DNA of 64,000 bases from Spirochaetia bacterium (GTDB lineage: Bacteria; Spirochaetota; Spirochaetia; SZUA-6; Bin103). The notes below the pieces were generated by a model, which saw only the letters and a program-made list of their open reading frames with translations, did no database searches and was not told the DNA's origin. This document shows positions 1 through 8,937 of this stretch, piece after piece. Every line of letters starts with the position of its first letter. Position 1 is the first letter of the stretch. The translations under genes and the position numbers were made by a program. The DNA lies in assembly GCA_965203055.1 (NCBI GenBank), contig OZ241863.1:2208001-2272000 (forward strand), given 5' to 3'.

Positions 1-742
1 GCTCGCCGGCGGCCAGCGGCAGCGAGACGTGGCGCGCCAGCTTGCGATAGCTGGCCGGGTTCTCCGAACGGATCGGATCCTCGATGAAGAAGGGTCGGAA
101 CTCCTCCAGCCAGCGGCACATCTGGATGACGTGCGGCGGCTCCAGCCGGGTGTGCACGTCGAAGCAGAGCTCGATCTCCGGCCCCACCGCGGCGCGCACC
201 GCGCGCATCTGCTCGACGGCAAGGGCGATCGAGCGGCGCGGCTCCAGCGCCGCGCCGCCGGCCGCCTCGAACCGGCCCGAGGTCTCCGGCTGCCCCCAGC
301 GCACGAACCGCCAGCCTTCGGCTGCCAGACCTTCGGCGTGCTCCACCAGCTCCCGGATGGTGGCGCCCTGAGCGTGGGGATAGCACACCACCTTGGGCCG
401 CACCGGCCCGCCGAGCAGCTTGTACACCGGCAGGCCCGCGGCCTTGCCCTTGATGTCCCACAGCGCGATGTCGATCGCGCTCAAGGCGCAGGCGTACACC
501 TTGTCGGCCGGGAAGAACCCGGCGCGGAACATCAACTGCCACAGCCGCTCCGTCTGCCACGGGTCGGCGCCGAGCACCAACTCGCCGAGGTGCTCCACCG
601 CGCGGGCGATGGCCAGGCCCCAGTTGCGGATGCCGACCTCCCCCAGCCCGTGGATGCCGGCGTCGGTATCGACCCGGACGATGAAGTAGCCGCGGCCCTC
701 CTCGTCCCGTACCGGCAGGCTGGTGATTCGCGTCACTTTCAT
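1..742 (-). CDS. Mandelate racemase/galactonate dehydratase-like enolase-superfamily enzyme (3' end outside window)
   Basis: Hand-translated minus strand from ATG 742: MKVTRITSLPVRDEEGRGYFIVRVDTDAGIHGLGE...SAIDIALWDIKGKAAGLPVYKLLGG; ATGA overlap with gpgS stop. Confidence 0.9.
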   Translation of the reverse strand, partial: MKVTRITSLPVRDEEGRGYFIVRVDTDAGIHGLGEVGIRNWGLAIARAVEHLGELVLGADPWQTERLWQLMFRAGFFPADKVYACALSAIDIALWDIKGKAAGLPVYKLLGGPVRPKVVCYPHAQGATIRELVEHAEGLAAEGWRFVRWGQPETSGRFEAAGGAALEPRRSIALAVEQMRAVRAAVGPEIELCFDVHTRLEPPHVIQMCRWLEEFRPFFIEDPIRSENPASYRKLARHVSLPLAAGE

Positions 743-1725
743 TTCGTGGCCTCCTCCCGGCCCTCGTCCAGGCCGTGCTTGCGGCGGTAGGCGGGAATCT
801 CGATCATCGGCGGGCGCTCCAGCTCGTTGATCTCGTGGGCCACCACCTCGTAGCGGCCCTGATCGACCATGAACTGGTGGAGGATGGTGTTCAGCTCCGG
901 CAGCTCGCTGACGATCTCCAGGGAGTCGATCCGCTTCAGAAAGGTCTGCAGGATGCGGAACGCCATGCGCCCCAGCGCCTCGGTCGGTTGATTGGTGTGC
1001 ACGCGGCGGTCCAGGTCGGTCTGCGCGAAGGCGCCCATGCCCCAGCGGTGGTACACGTCGATGATGTGGGAGGTTTCCACGCCGTAGCCGATCGGGAACG
1101 GAATCTGCTCCAGCACCTTGCGCCGCACCGCGTATTCTCCCGACAGCGGCTGGATCAGCGCCGACAGCTCCGGGAAGAACAGCGCGAACAGGGGCCGGAC
1201 CAGAATCTCGGTGACGCGCCCGCCGCCGGTGGGGCGCAGCCCGGCCGACTCCGCCAGCGGCCGGTCGTAGAACCCCTTGACGTAGGACACTTCCGGCATG
1301 TTCAGCAGCGGCCCCACCAAGCCGTACACGAAGCGCGGGTGGATGTTGCTGATGTCGGCATCGACGTAGACGATCACGTCGCCGGTCAACTGGTAGATCG
1401 CCTTCCACAGGTTCTCGCCCTTGCCGCGGTGATTGCCGCACTCCGGCAGTATCTCGGCCGCCGGGTAGACGTCGGCGCCGAAGGCGCGCGCCACTTCCGG
1501 GGTGGCGTCGTCGGAGCCGGAGTCGATCACCGCAATCTCGTCCAGCAGCCGGTAGCGGTCCATCAGCTCCGACTTGAGCACCACGATCTCCTTGCCGATC
1601 GTGCGCTCCTCGTTGAGGGTGGGGATGCACAGCGAGATGGTCACCCCCGCCTCCCGCTTGCGCCGCTCCAGCTCGCCGATGTCGAACTGGGCGTGGTGGA
1701 AGGTGTTGCTCGTCAACCAGCTCAT
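739..1725 (-). CDS. gpgS: Glucosyl-3-phosphoglycerate synthase
   Basis: C-terminal part of ORF 739..2367 from MSWLTSNTFHH; IPTLNEE, IDSGSDD, GKGENLW, YVDADI, GGRVTE, QPLSGEY motifs; ATGA coupling to upstream gene. Confidence 0.85.
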   Translation of the reverse strand: MSWLTSNTFHHAQFDIGELERRKREAGVTISLCIPTLNEERTIGKEIVVLKSELMDRYRLLDEIAVIDSGSDDATPEVARAFGADVYPAAEILPECGNHRGKGENLWKAIYQLTGDVIVYVDADISNIHPRFVYGLVGPLLNMPEVSYVKGFYDRPLAESAGLRPTGGGRVTEILVRPLFALFFPELSALIQPLSGEYAVRRKVLEQIPFPIGYGVETSHIIDVYHRWGMGAFAQTDLDRRVHTNQPTEALGRMAFRILQTFLKRIDSLEIVSELPELNTILHQFMVDQGRYEVVAHEINELERPPMIEIPAYRRKHGLDEGREEATK

Positions 1726-2903
1726 TCGCAGTAACCGCCGTCCATGGCCAGCATGATGCCCAGGAGTTGGGCCAGACCGGTGTAGATCGGGGCGATGCGC
1801 ACCGCCTCGTTGCGCCGCCCCAGGGCCTCGCCGGAGGTGAGCCCCACGGTGACCGCGGGCACGCGGTGGTCGATGAAGGCCGACAGCTCGGAGGTGCTCG
1901 GCGACAGCCGCGGGGCCAGCGCGAGACTCTGCATCAGCCGGCGGGTACGGCGCACCAGCGGGTGAGTAAAGGCGATGCCGCCGGGGCGGCGGCGCGCGAA
2001 GACGTTCATCCTGATGTCCGCTCCGGTCTGCGACGAGACTTCCTCGATGATGTAGGAGATGTCCTGCAGCAGTTGGCGCACGGTGGCGCCCGACTCGCTG
2101 CGCACCTCGAACTGCAGCGCGGCGCGGTTGGCCACCGTGCTCGCCGAGGTGCCGCCCTCGATGCGCCCCAGCACGATGGTGGTGCGCGGCCGGTCCGGCG
2201 TGGGAATCTCCAGCATGCGGCTGATGATGTCGTTGAGCGTGGAGATGGCGCCGCCGGCTCCGAACCGGGTCCAGTCGTACTCCTCCGGCACCTCGCAGGC
2301 GATCTCCCCGCGAATCATGCCGATCGAGGTGTAGCTGAGGCGGCCGAGCTGCACGCCCTCGACGCACAGTCCAAACTGCAGCGGCAGCTTGGCGTGATCG
2401 AGGAAGAACCGCATCCCGGCCAGGTTGCCGCGGCCCAGGCCGCGGCTGCAGGCCAGCCCGAAGACGGTGGAGCGCAGGGTCAGTCCGAGCCGCTCCAGCA
2501 CCGTGGGCAGCGCCGTGACCACCGCCACCCCCAGGGCGTTGTCCGCCACCGAGGGGCCGATCACGTAGTCCGGCTGCACCATCACCGTATGATCGACGGT
2601 AGCGGCCACCGGGGTGTCGAGGTGCGCCACCAGCAGGATGTTGCGGTCGGCGCTGGTGTCGCCGCCGCGCAGCACCCCGGCGACGTTGCCCACCTCATCC
2701 ATGGAGCAGTCGGAGTACCCCAGCTCGGCGAACCGTTCCTGCACGAACGCGCCGCGCGCGCCCTCGTCGAACGTAGGCGCCGGGATCTCGGCGATCATCG
2801 CCAGGTTGGCCAGCAGCACGTCCTGCAGCGCCAGCAGCGCCTGCGGCAGGTCGCCGATGCGCTTGACGATGCTCTCGAATCCGGTAACAGACCTTTCGTT
2901 CAC
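1722..2903 (-). CDS. M20/M25/M40 family metallo-hydrolase
   Basis: EIPAPTFDE, LVAHLDT, GPSVADNALG, dimerisation-domain-like GRIEGGTSASTV; start (GTG 2903) uncertain. Confidence 0.75.
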   Translation of the reverse strand: MNERSVTGFESIVKRIGDLPQALLALQDVLLANLAMIAEIPAPTFDEGARGAFVQERFAELGYSDCSMDEVGNVAGVLRGGDTSADRNILLVAHLDTPVAATVDHTVMVQPDYVIGPSVADNALGVAVVTALPTVLERLGLTLRSTVFGLACSRGLGRGNLAGMRFFLDHAKLPLQFGLCVEGVQLGRLSYTSIGMIRGEIACEVPEEYDWTRFGAGGAISTLNDIISRMLEIPTPDRPRTTIVLGRIEGGTSASTVANRAALQFEVRSESGATVRQLLQDISYIIEEVSSQTGADIRMNVFARRRPGGIAFTHPLVRRTRRLMQSLALAPRLSPSTSELSAFIDHRVPAVTVGLTSGEALGRRNEAVRIAPIYTGLAQLLGIMLAMDGGYCE

Positions 2904-3018
2904 GCTGCCCGCAATGTTATCCGGTGTCCCGCCCTTTGACCACCGGCGCACCGCACCGGGCGCATTTCCGAGGCTTGACGCCCCGAGTAGCGCGCGGCTA
3001 CGGTCGCCGCGGGTCGCA

Positions 3019-4062
3019 ATGGCCGACGATAACGCATCCAACCAGCCACAATCTGCCGACCCGCCGCCGATCAGCCAGCGGCACGACAAGTACTTCTACC
3101 GCGTGTTCTCCGACCCCGAGAACGCCGCCGGCCTGTTGCGCTCCTACCTCCCCCAGGAACTCGCCAGCACGCTGCGGTGGTCCACCCTCACCCACCGGCC
3201 CAGCCGCTTCGTCAGTGACGACTGGCGCAGCCGCGAGGCCGATCTGCTGTTCTCCGTCGAACGCGAGCTCTCCGGCCCGCCGGTGCTCGTCCTGGTGCTG
3301 CTCGAACATCAGTCCACGCCCGACCGCTGGATGCGGCTGCGGCTGCTGCATTACTGCCTGATGGCCTGGATGCAGTGGCACCGCGAGCACGAGCAGGAGC
3401 CGCAGTTGCCGCTCATCGTGCCGGTGGTATTCTATCAGGGAGCCGAACCGTGGCGTTTCCCGCGGCAGTTCGCGGAGTTGGTTGCCGGCGCGGAGTCCGA
3501 CCCGGGTTGGGTGCCGCAGTTCGAGCACCTGCTGATCGACCAGACCGAGCAGAACCCGGAGTCGGTGGAGGGGACGCTGGTCGTGCGGCTGGCGCAGCTC
3601 GCGTTGATGACCGAGTACCGTCGCGCGGGCCGGGAGGAGTTGCTCAACCAATTGGTACAGTTGGTGGAGATGCTGCATCAGGACACAGGGATCGAAGGGG
3701 TGGCGCTGCACGTGGAGTACGTGCTGCTGGCGCTGAAGTCGAATGAGCAGCAGCAGGCGTTCGAGGAGGCGTTGCGACGGACCGTGTCGGGCCAAGGAGG
3801 AGAGGTAATGACCTACGTGCACAAGATGATCGACGAGGGCATCCGAGAGGGCATCCGAGAGGCCCGCCGGGAGGCCCGCCGAGAGGCCCGCCGGGAGGCC
3901 CGCCGGGAGGGCGAACTGAGGGGGCGGTTGCATACCATCCAGGGACTTTTGGGAAGCGAGGTCCCATGGTCGACCATCGAGGCGGCCACCGGCATCGACG
4001 AGGCTGCCTTCCGGCGCCTCAAGCAGCAGCTCGACGACAACGGCGCCGGCCGCGCCGAGTGA
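3019..4062 (+). CDS. Rpn/YhgA-like PD-(D/E)xK nuclease (recombination-promoting nuclease family)
   Basis: HDKYFYRVFSDPENA, EADLLFSV, LLEHQSTPD, PLIVPVVFYQG, C-terminal EG/EARR repeats. Confidence 0.9.
   Translation: MADDNASNQPQSADPPPISQRHDKYFYRVFSDPENAAGLLRSYLPQELASTLRWSTLTHRPSRFVSDDWRSREADLLFSVERELSGPPVLVLVLLEHQSTPDRWMRLRLLHYCLMAWMQWHREHEQEPQLPLIVPVVFYQGAEPWRFPRQFAELVAGAESDPGWVPQFEHLLIDQTEQNPESVEGTLVVRLAQLALMTEYRRAGREELLNQLVQLVEMLHQDTGIEGVALHVEYVLLALKSNEQQQAFEEALRRTVSGQGGEVMTYVHKMIDEGIREGIREARREARREARREARREGELRGRLHTIQGLLGSEVPWSTIEAATGIDEAAFRRLKQQLDDNGAGRAE
3808..4062 (+). CDS. Putative intragenic small protein (RpnS-like, 84 aa), in frame with rpn
   Basis: AAGGAGGAGAGG immediately before in-frame ATG 3808 (QGGEV-MTYVHKM), matching the known Rpn internal-start architecture. 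Confidence 0.65.
   Translation: MTYVHKMIDEGIREGIREARREARREARREARREGELRGRLHTIQGLLGSEVPWSTIEAATGIDEAAFRRLKQQLDDNGAGRAE
3835..3912 (+). repeat. 12-bp coding tandem repeat (EGIR x2, EARR x4)
   Basis: gagggcatccga x2 then gaggcccgccg(g/a) x4. Confidence 0.9.
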
Positions 4063-4249
4063 GTCCGCCCGGTACCGGACGTCAGGTACCGCACTTGCTT
4101 GGACGTTCCGTCCCGATCCCGAGGGACCGCACCGGCCGCGCCGGCGTCCGCGGCGACCGTGTTCCGTCCCGCGGCGCCATGGCCTGACCCACGGCGGCTG
4201 CCGTATCCATCTCTCGGTGGGCCAAGAAGATAGCGGCGGGCGCCCGGTG

Positions 4250-4278
4250 TTGGTAACGGCGCGCCGTCGTGGTACACT
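4250..4278 (+). promoter_or_regulatory. Sigma70-like promoter for the defence operon (near-leaderless)
   Basis: TTGGTA-17bp-TACACT with TGn extension, 8 nt before ATG 4287. Confidence 0.5.
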
Positions 4279-4286
4279 ACGTGTAG

Positions 4287-6704
4287 ATGACCAAGGATCA
4301 CGTCATGCGGATGGACACGATAGGCGACGAAATCGCACAGATCCCGGTCTCCATCAACTACGACATCATCAGCCTGTTCTCCGAGGGGTTGTACAAGAGT
4401 CCGCACAAGGCCGTAGAGGAACTCGTAAGCAACTCCTATGACGCCGAGGCAGGGCGAGTCCACGTACTGTTGCCGGAAGCGGGAGACGGGACAGGCCCGC
4501 GCGATCCGCTGTGGGTAATCGACGACGGTCACGGGATGAACGAGGATGGATTTCGGCAGCTCTGGCGAGTTGCCGATTCTACCAAGAACCTACCTTCAGC
4601 ACCGGGCAAAAGAGCCCCGATCGGACAATTCGGAATTGGTAAGCTGGCGTCCTACGTCCTCGCCTGGGAATTGACCCACATCAGCTGCGTAGCTGGCCGT
4701 CTGTTGTTGACCGTCATGGACTTTCACAAGTGTACCGGGCGGCGACAATATGATAACGCAAGTCCAGTCGAGATCACGTTGCGCGATGTGGATGAGGCAA
4801 CGGCTCGGTCTCACCTGCACGAGATCGCCAAGCGAGACCCGTCTGCGTGGGACATGATGTTCGGCAAGAACCGATCTTCGAGTTGGACCGCCGCCGGCTT
4901 GTCCGATTTCAAGGAGCTGTACAGCAAGCTGGTAGCCGGTACGCTGCGTTGGGTCCTGAGCACGGGACTTCCACTTCACTCGGACTTCGAGGTGCGCCTG
5001 AACGGAGACCGGGTTACGTCGAGCAAGGAAGCCAGGAATCCAATCAAGCGTATCGAGATCAACGACAGCCTGCCTGGTATTGGAAAAATAGAGGGCGCTG
5101 CGAGCATCTGGGGAAATCAATTGACTACTGGCAAATCGGAACAATTTGGCCGTAGTCATGGTTTCTTCGTGCGCGTCCGCAGGCGTGTCATCAACCTGGA
5201 AGATGAATTGTTCGGTATCGAGGCCGTCAACCACGCTGCTTGGTCCCGATTCGCTCTGGTGGTTCATGCCGAAGGGTTGCGTGACTACCTGCTCTCCTCA
5301 CGCGAAGGAGTCCGAGATTGCGACCATATTCAGGCGTTTCGCGAGTTCCTCTTGAAGAAATTCAACGATTGTAGATCAGCCTATGAAGAGTGGGATCGTC
5401 GCACGAATGAACCACTGGAAATGACCTCTCTGTCGGATGGCCATAGTATTCATATCACAGAACCGTTGGTGCGAAGCGTGCGCAACACCGTAGAAGCGGG
5501 TGAAGATTCCTTCTACATCGAAGTTCCGAGTAATGTGGACATAGATGGGCGTCATAAGTGGCTTGATAAGTACGAGAACGAGGTCTCGGAAAGACCGATA
5601 GACAAGAGAATCTTCGAGCGCCAAGGGCCGAATGCCCCCGCACTGCGCTATGATCCAGGCTTGCGCCGTCTGGTCGTGAATCTCGACCATCCGTTCGTCG
5701 ATAAACTCACGGCGGGCGGAAAGCGCCGGAATCCGGCCAAGCTCTTCGCGGCGTCCGAAGTCTTCCTGGAAGGACAACTCCAGGTACAGGGCGTTTCCCC
5801 GCTTACCATCAACAATTTTCTACGGGACCGGGACCGGATATTGAGGTTGACGGCCGGCGATGCTCCTCCTACAGCCGCGGAGGTGGTGCGTCGTCTGGCC
5901 GCCGCCCGTAATGACTCTCTCGATCTCGAACGGGCGGTCGGTGCGGTCTTCCGTTTACTGGGTTTCGAGTACGAACGGAAGGGGGGGAACAAATCGGGGC
6001 CGGACGGGATATTATATGCCCGTCTTGGGCGCCGCAAACGTGAGTCGGCAAACTTCAGCGTCGTTTACGACGCGAAGCAGACCAACCATCCGTCAGTACC
6101 GGCCGACAAGCTAGACTTTGCCAGTCTCGAAGACTTCAGAACGCAAGAACATGCCGATTATGGCTTCTTCATCGCCAACGCCTATGCAGCGGAGATGGCG
6201 CCCGATGGGGCACTCAATCGACGGATTTCACAGGTCGGTGAGAGCCTTACGTTGCTCAAGGTCGAGCATCTACAACGGTTGGTATGGCTGCATTATCACC
6301 AGGGAATAACGCTCACCGTACTTCGTACCCTGTTCGAGAGGGCGCGCACGGTGCCAGATGTGAACTCCTGGATCGATGATCTGAAGAAGACACTGGATGA
6401 GCAAGGGGAGGTTCCGGTGCGAGTTCTTCTCGAAGGCCTCGAACGGGAGAGGAAGGACGACAATAAGGCTATTCCGAACATCGTTGCCGTTCGAGCAAAG
6501 CTCCAGTTATTGCAGCAGTTCGAGCCGGAACGCCTCATCGCGCGATTGAAAGCAGCGGAAAATATCATTGGCAACCGCTGGATCGAGGTAGATGATTCCG
6601 GTGAAGTCATCATGCACCACACCGCGGAGCAGATCCTCTCGGAGCTGGAGCGTAACATTGCCGGTCTCATGCCCGAGGCGGAACAGATTCCCGAGACGAC
6701 CTGA
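4287..6704 (+). CDS. GHKL (MORC-like) ATPase fused to a PD-(D/E)xK restriction-endonuclease-like domain
   Basis: AVEELVSNSYDA, DDGHGM, GQFGIGK (GHKL boxes); C-terminal LERAV..FRLLGF..GPDG..VVYDAKQT. Confidence 0.8.
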   Translation: MTKDHVMRMDTIGDEIAQIPVSINYDIISLFSEGLYKSPHKAVEELVSNSYDAEAGRVHVLLPEAGDGTGPRDPLWVIDDGHGMNEDGFRQLWRVADSTKNLPSAPGKRAPIGQFGIGKLASYVLAWELTHISCVAGRLLLTVMDFHKCTGRRQYDNASPVEITLRDVDEATARSHLHEIAKRDPSAWDMMFGKNRSSSWTAAGLSDFKELYSKLVAGTLRWVLSTGLPLHSDFEVRLNGDRVTSSKEARNPIKRIEINDSLPGIGKIEGAASIWGNQLTTGKSEQFGRSHGFFVRVRRRVINLEDELFGIEAVNHAAWSRFALVVHAEGLRDYLLSSREGVRDCDHIQAFREFLLKKFNDCRSAYEEWDRRTNEPLEMTSLSDGHSIHITEPLVRSVRNTVEAGEDSFYIEVPSNVDIDGRHKWLDKYENEVSERPIDKRIFERQGPNAPALRYDPGLRRLVVNLDHPFVDKLTAGGKRRNPAKLFAASEVFLEGQLQVQGVSPLTINNFLRDRDRILRLTAGDAPPTAAEVVRRLAAARNDSLDLERAVGAVFRLLGFEYERKGGNKSGPDGILYARLGRRKRESANFSVVYDAKQTNHPSVPADKLDFASLEDFRTQEHADYGFFIANAYAAEMAPDGALNRRISQVGESLTLLKVEHLQRLVWLHYHQGITLTVLRTLFERARTVPDVNSWIDDLKKTLDEQGEVPVRVLLEGLERERKDDNKAIPNIVAVRAKLQLLQQFEPERLIARLKAAENIIGNRWIEVDDSGEVIMHHTAEQILSELERNIAGLMPEAEQIPETT

Positions 6705-7873
6705 TGGCGCTGCTATCGATCCATCCGTTTCCCGCTCGCATGGCCCCGGAACTGGCCAGTCGTTCGATTGAAGCCGTGCCGGACGGTGGACTGGTGCTCG
6801 ATCCGATGTGCGGCTCCGGCACCGTCGCCCGCGCCGCGGTGGAGGAAGGGCTGCGGTGCGTTGGCACCGATGTCGATCCATTGGCGGTCCTGATGGCAAG
6901 GGCATGGACTACCCCGGTGGAACCTGAGGAGATTCGGAATGATGCGGAGCGGATCATACGGGAAGCCGGGAAGCTTGAAGATCTAGAGGTCGAACGGACG
7001 GCGGATGCGGAGACAAGGGAATTCATCTCCTACTGGTTCGCGCCGCGACAGGAGTCGGCGCTGGCGCGCATCGCAACCGTGCTGCGGCGTTGGCAACGTC
7101 CGACAAGGGACGCACTGGCGGTCGCCGTGAGTCGGATCATCGTATCCAAGGAACGGATGGCGTCTCTGGCTCGTGACACCTCTCATAGTCGGCCCCACAA
7201 GGTTGCCGACTCCAATGACTTTGACGTCCCTTCCGGCTTTCTGCGCTCCGCCCGGTACGTGGCCGCACGGCTCGCACCGGATCGAATAACGGGGCAGGCC
7301 GATATTCGCCAAGCCGACGCGCGGCTACTCGACGGGGTCGACGACGCGAGCATCGACCTCGTGCTTACCTCGCCGCCGTACCTCAATGCCATAGACTACC
7401 TGCGCGGCCACCGGCTGGCTCTCGTCTGGTTGGGTCACGAATTGAGACCGCTGAGGGAAATCCGGGCGAACAGCGTCGGAGCGGAGCGCGTGATACCGGC
7501 GACCGATACGAATCGCGACGTTCGGCGTTTCGTGGGAAATGTCGAATGGTCGAACATTGCTGCTCGGCATCTCGGCTGGATACGGCGTTACGCATCCGAC
7601 ATGGACGCGGTACTCCGTCAGATCGTGCGCGTCATCAAGCGGACCGGCCAAGTGGTTCTGGTGCTTGGCAATTCGTTCCTCCGCGGGGCGACCATCGACA
7701 ACGCGCGGCTCATCAAGGAACTTGCCGAAAACGTCGGATTACGTCTCCAGGGCCAACACGTGCGGGAGATCCCTGCTCGGCGACGGTATCTTCCTCCGCC
7801 CGGTGTTGGTGACGGCTCGCTCGACTCTCGCATGCGCCAGGAGACCGTCCTTACGTTCGCGTCCGATGCATGA
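6704..7873 (+). CDS. Amino-DNA methyltransferase (probably N4-cytosine)
   Basis: HPFPARM, VLDPMCGSGT (motif I), TSPPY (motif IV); TGATG overlap with upstream gene. Confidence 0.85.
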   Translation: MALLSIHPFPARMAPELASRSIEAVPDGGLVLDPMCGSGTVARAAVEEGLRCVGTDVDPLAVLMARAWTTPVEPEEIRNDAERIIREAGKLEDLEVERTADAETREFISYWFAPRQESALARIATVLRRWQRPTRDALAVAVSRIIVSKERMASLARDTSHSRPHKVADSNDFDVPSGFLRSARYVAARLAPDRITGQADIRQADARLLDGVDDASIDLVLTSPPYLNAIDYLRGHRLALVWLGHELRPLREIRANSVGAERVIPATDTNRDVRRFVGNVEWSNIAARHLGWIRRYASDMDAVLRQIVRVIKRTGQVVLVLGNSFLRGATIDNARLIKELAENVGLRLQGQHVREIPARRRYLPPPGVGDGSLDSRMRQETVLTFASDA

Positions 7874-7922
7874 TAGACTACCCCCTCACTGCCCATGGTC
7901 AGCGTGCCGCCGGCGCCACTGC

Positions 7923-7958
7923 CAAGGTGCAGATGATCTACGTGAACCCGCTCTGCGG
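7923..7958 (+). pseudogene. Relic fragment of a type III mod gene (motif IV region)
   Basis: 32/36 identical to 9495-9530 (first 21 bp identical); KVQMIYVNPLCG vs KVQMIYVDPPYG. Confidence 0.8.
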
Positions 7959-7969
7959 AAATGGAGAAT

Positions 7970-8935
7970 ATGGACTACTTCAGTGATCGCGAGCGCCCGC
8001 CGCCACCACCAACGATTACAGAATTTACGAACGCCTCCTGGCGGGGCGTCGCTGCCGCTATCGACACTCGGATTAGAGACGGATCGTTTGGTGCACGTTA
8101 CCCCGAAATTTGTCAAGATGGACCATATCCATATGGCACTGATATAGACTCTTTTTGGTGCGCTTTAGCAGGTGATATACCGGAACTCAGTGAACGATGC
8201 GAGCGGTTCACAGAGACCGAACAACCTTCGTTGTTCGCAGCCATGGACTTGATTGAATTCTGCTGGCGTGCCGTAGGCAAACCTCAGAAGACATGGTATC
8301 ATAAATTCTTTGATCACCATCATCTGAAATTCGACGAGGACGCAGGAAAGAGTGAGTTTCGTGAAGATATAAATAGAATATTCCGTCGCAACGGAATGGC
8401 ATATGAGTTAACGACGAATGGAATCGTTGAACGGTTGGTGCCGGAGCAGATTTCGGCGATGGTTCATACGGAATACCGCACGAGTGACAGCGATCTGGAC
8501 AGGATGCTCGATAGTGCTCGTAGAAAATATCTGAGTCCTAACGATGACGAACGCCGTGATTCGCTCCAGTTCTTATGGGACGCATGGGAACGGATCAAAA
8601 CGATAGACGGTCCCGACAAGAAATCGGGTGTAAAGAGTCTTCTTGATCAGGCTGCGGGGACGAGTGCATCGAAATTTCGCGCTACTTTGGAAGAGGAGGC
8701 AAAGAAATTGACGTCGATCGGCAATAGTTTTCAGATACGACACTCGGAGACGAATCAGGAGCGTCTTGACTCCCCGCAGCACGTCGACTATGTCGCCTGC
8801 AGGATGTTTTCGTTCATCTACCTAATTCTTCGGCGTTTTCGTAGTGTTCCGGCGGGTCAATCGTATCATGACAACGGCGATGAAGAAGCCAGCGCTCTCC
8901 GCGCGGCTGCAGCCGATGACGCACTTCCGTTTTGA
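7970..8935 (+). CDS. AbiJ-related protein (AbiJ N-terminal domain + probable HEPN RNase)
   Basis: MDYFSDRE N-terminus, FREDINRIFRRNGMAYEL, LWDAWERIKT, IGNSFQIRHSE; GGAG RBS; lower GC. Confidence 0.7.
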   Translation: MDYFSDRERPPPPPTITEFTNASWRGVAAAIDTRIRDGSFGARYPEICQDGPYPYGTDIDSFWCALAGDIPELSERCERFTETEQPSLFAAMDLIEFCWRAVGKPQKTWYHKFFDHHHLKFDEDAGKSEFREDINRIFRRNGMAYELTTNGIVERLVPEQISAMVHTEYRTSDSDLDRMLDSARRKYLSPNDDERRDSLQFLWDAWERIKTIDGPDKKSGVKSLLDQAAGTSASKFRATLEEEAKKLTSIGNSFQIRHSETNQERLDSPQHVDYVACRMFSFIYLILRRFRSVPAGQSYHDNGDEEASALRAAAADDALPF

Positions 8936-8937
8936 GT

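Noticed and set aside
3835..3912. Short repeats as a CRISPR array (also 60487-60761)
   Set aside because: Coding repeats of 12-14 bp with no regular unique spacers and no cas genes
4063..4249. Structured ncRNA or further mod relic after rpn
   Set aside because: Only weak GC-rich matches; no recognisable RNA motif
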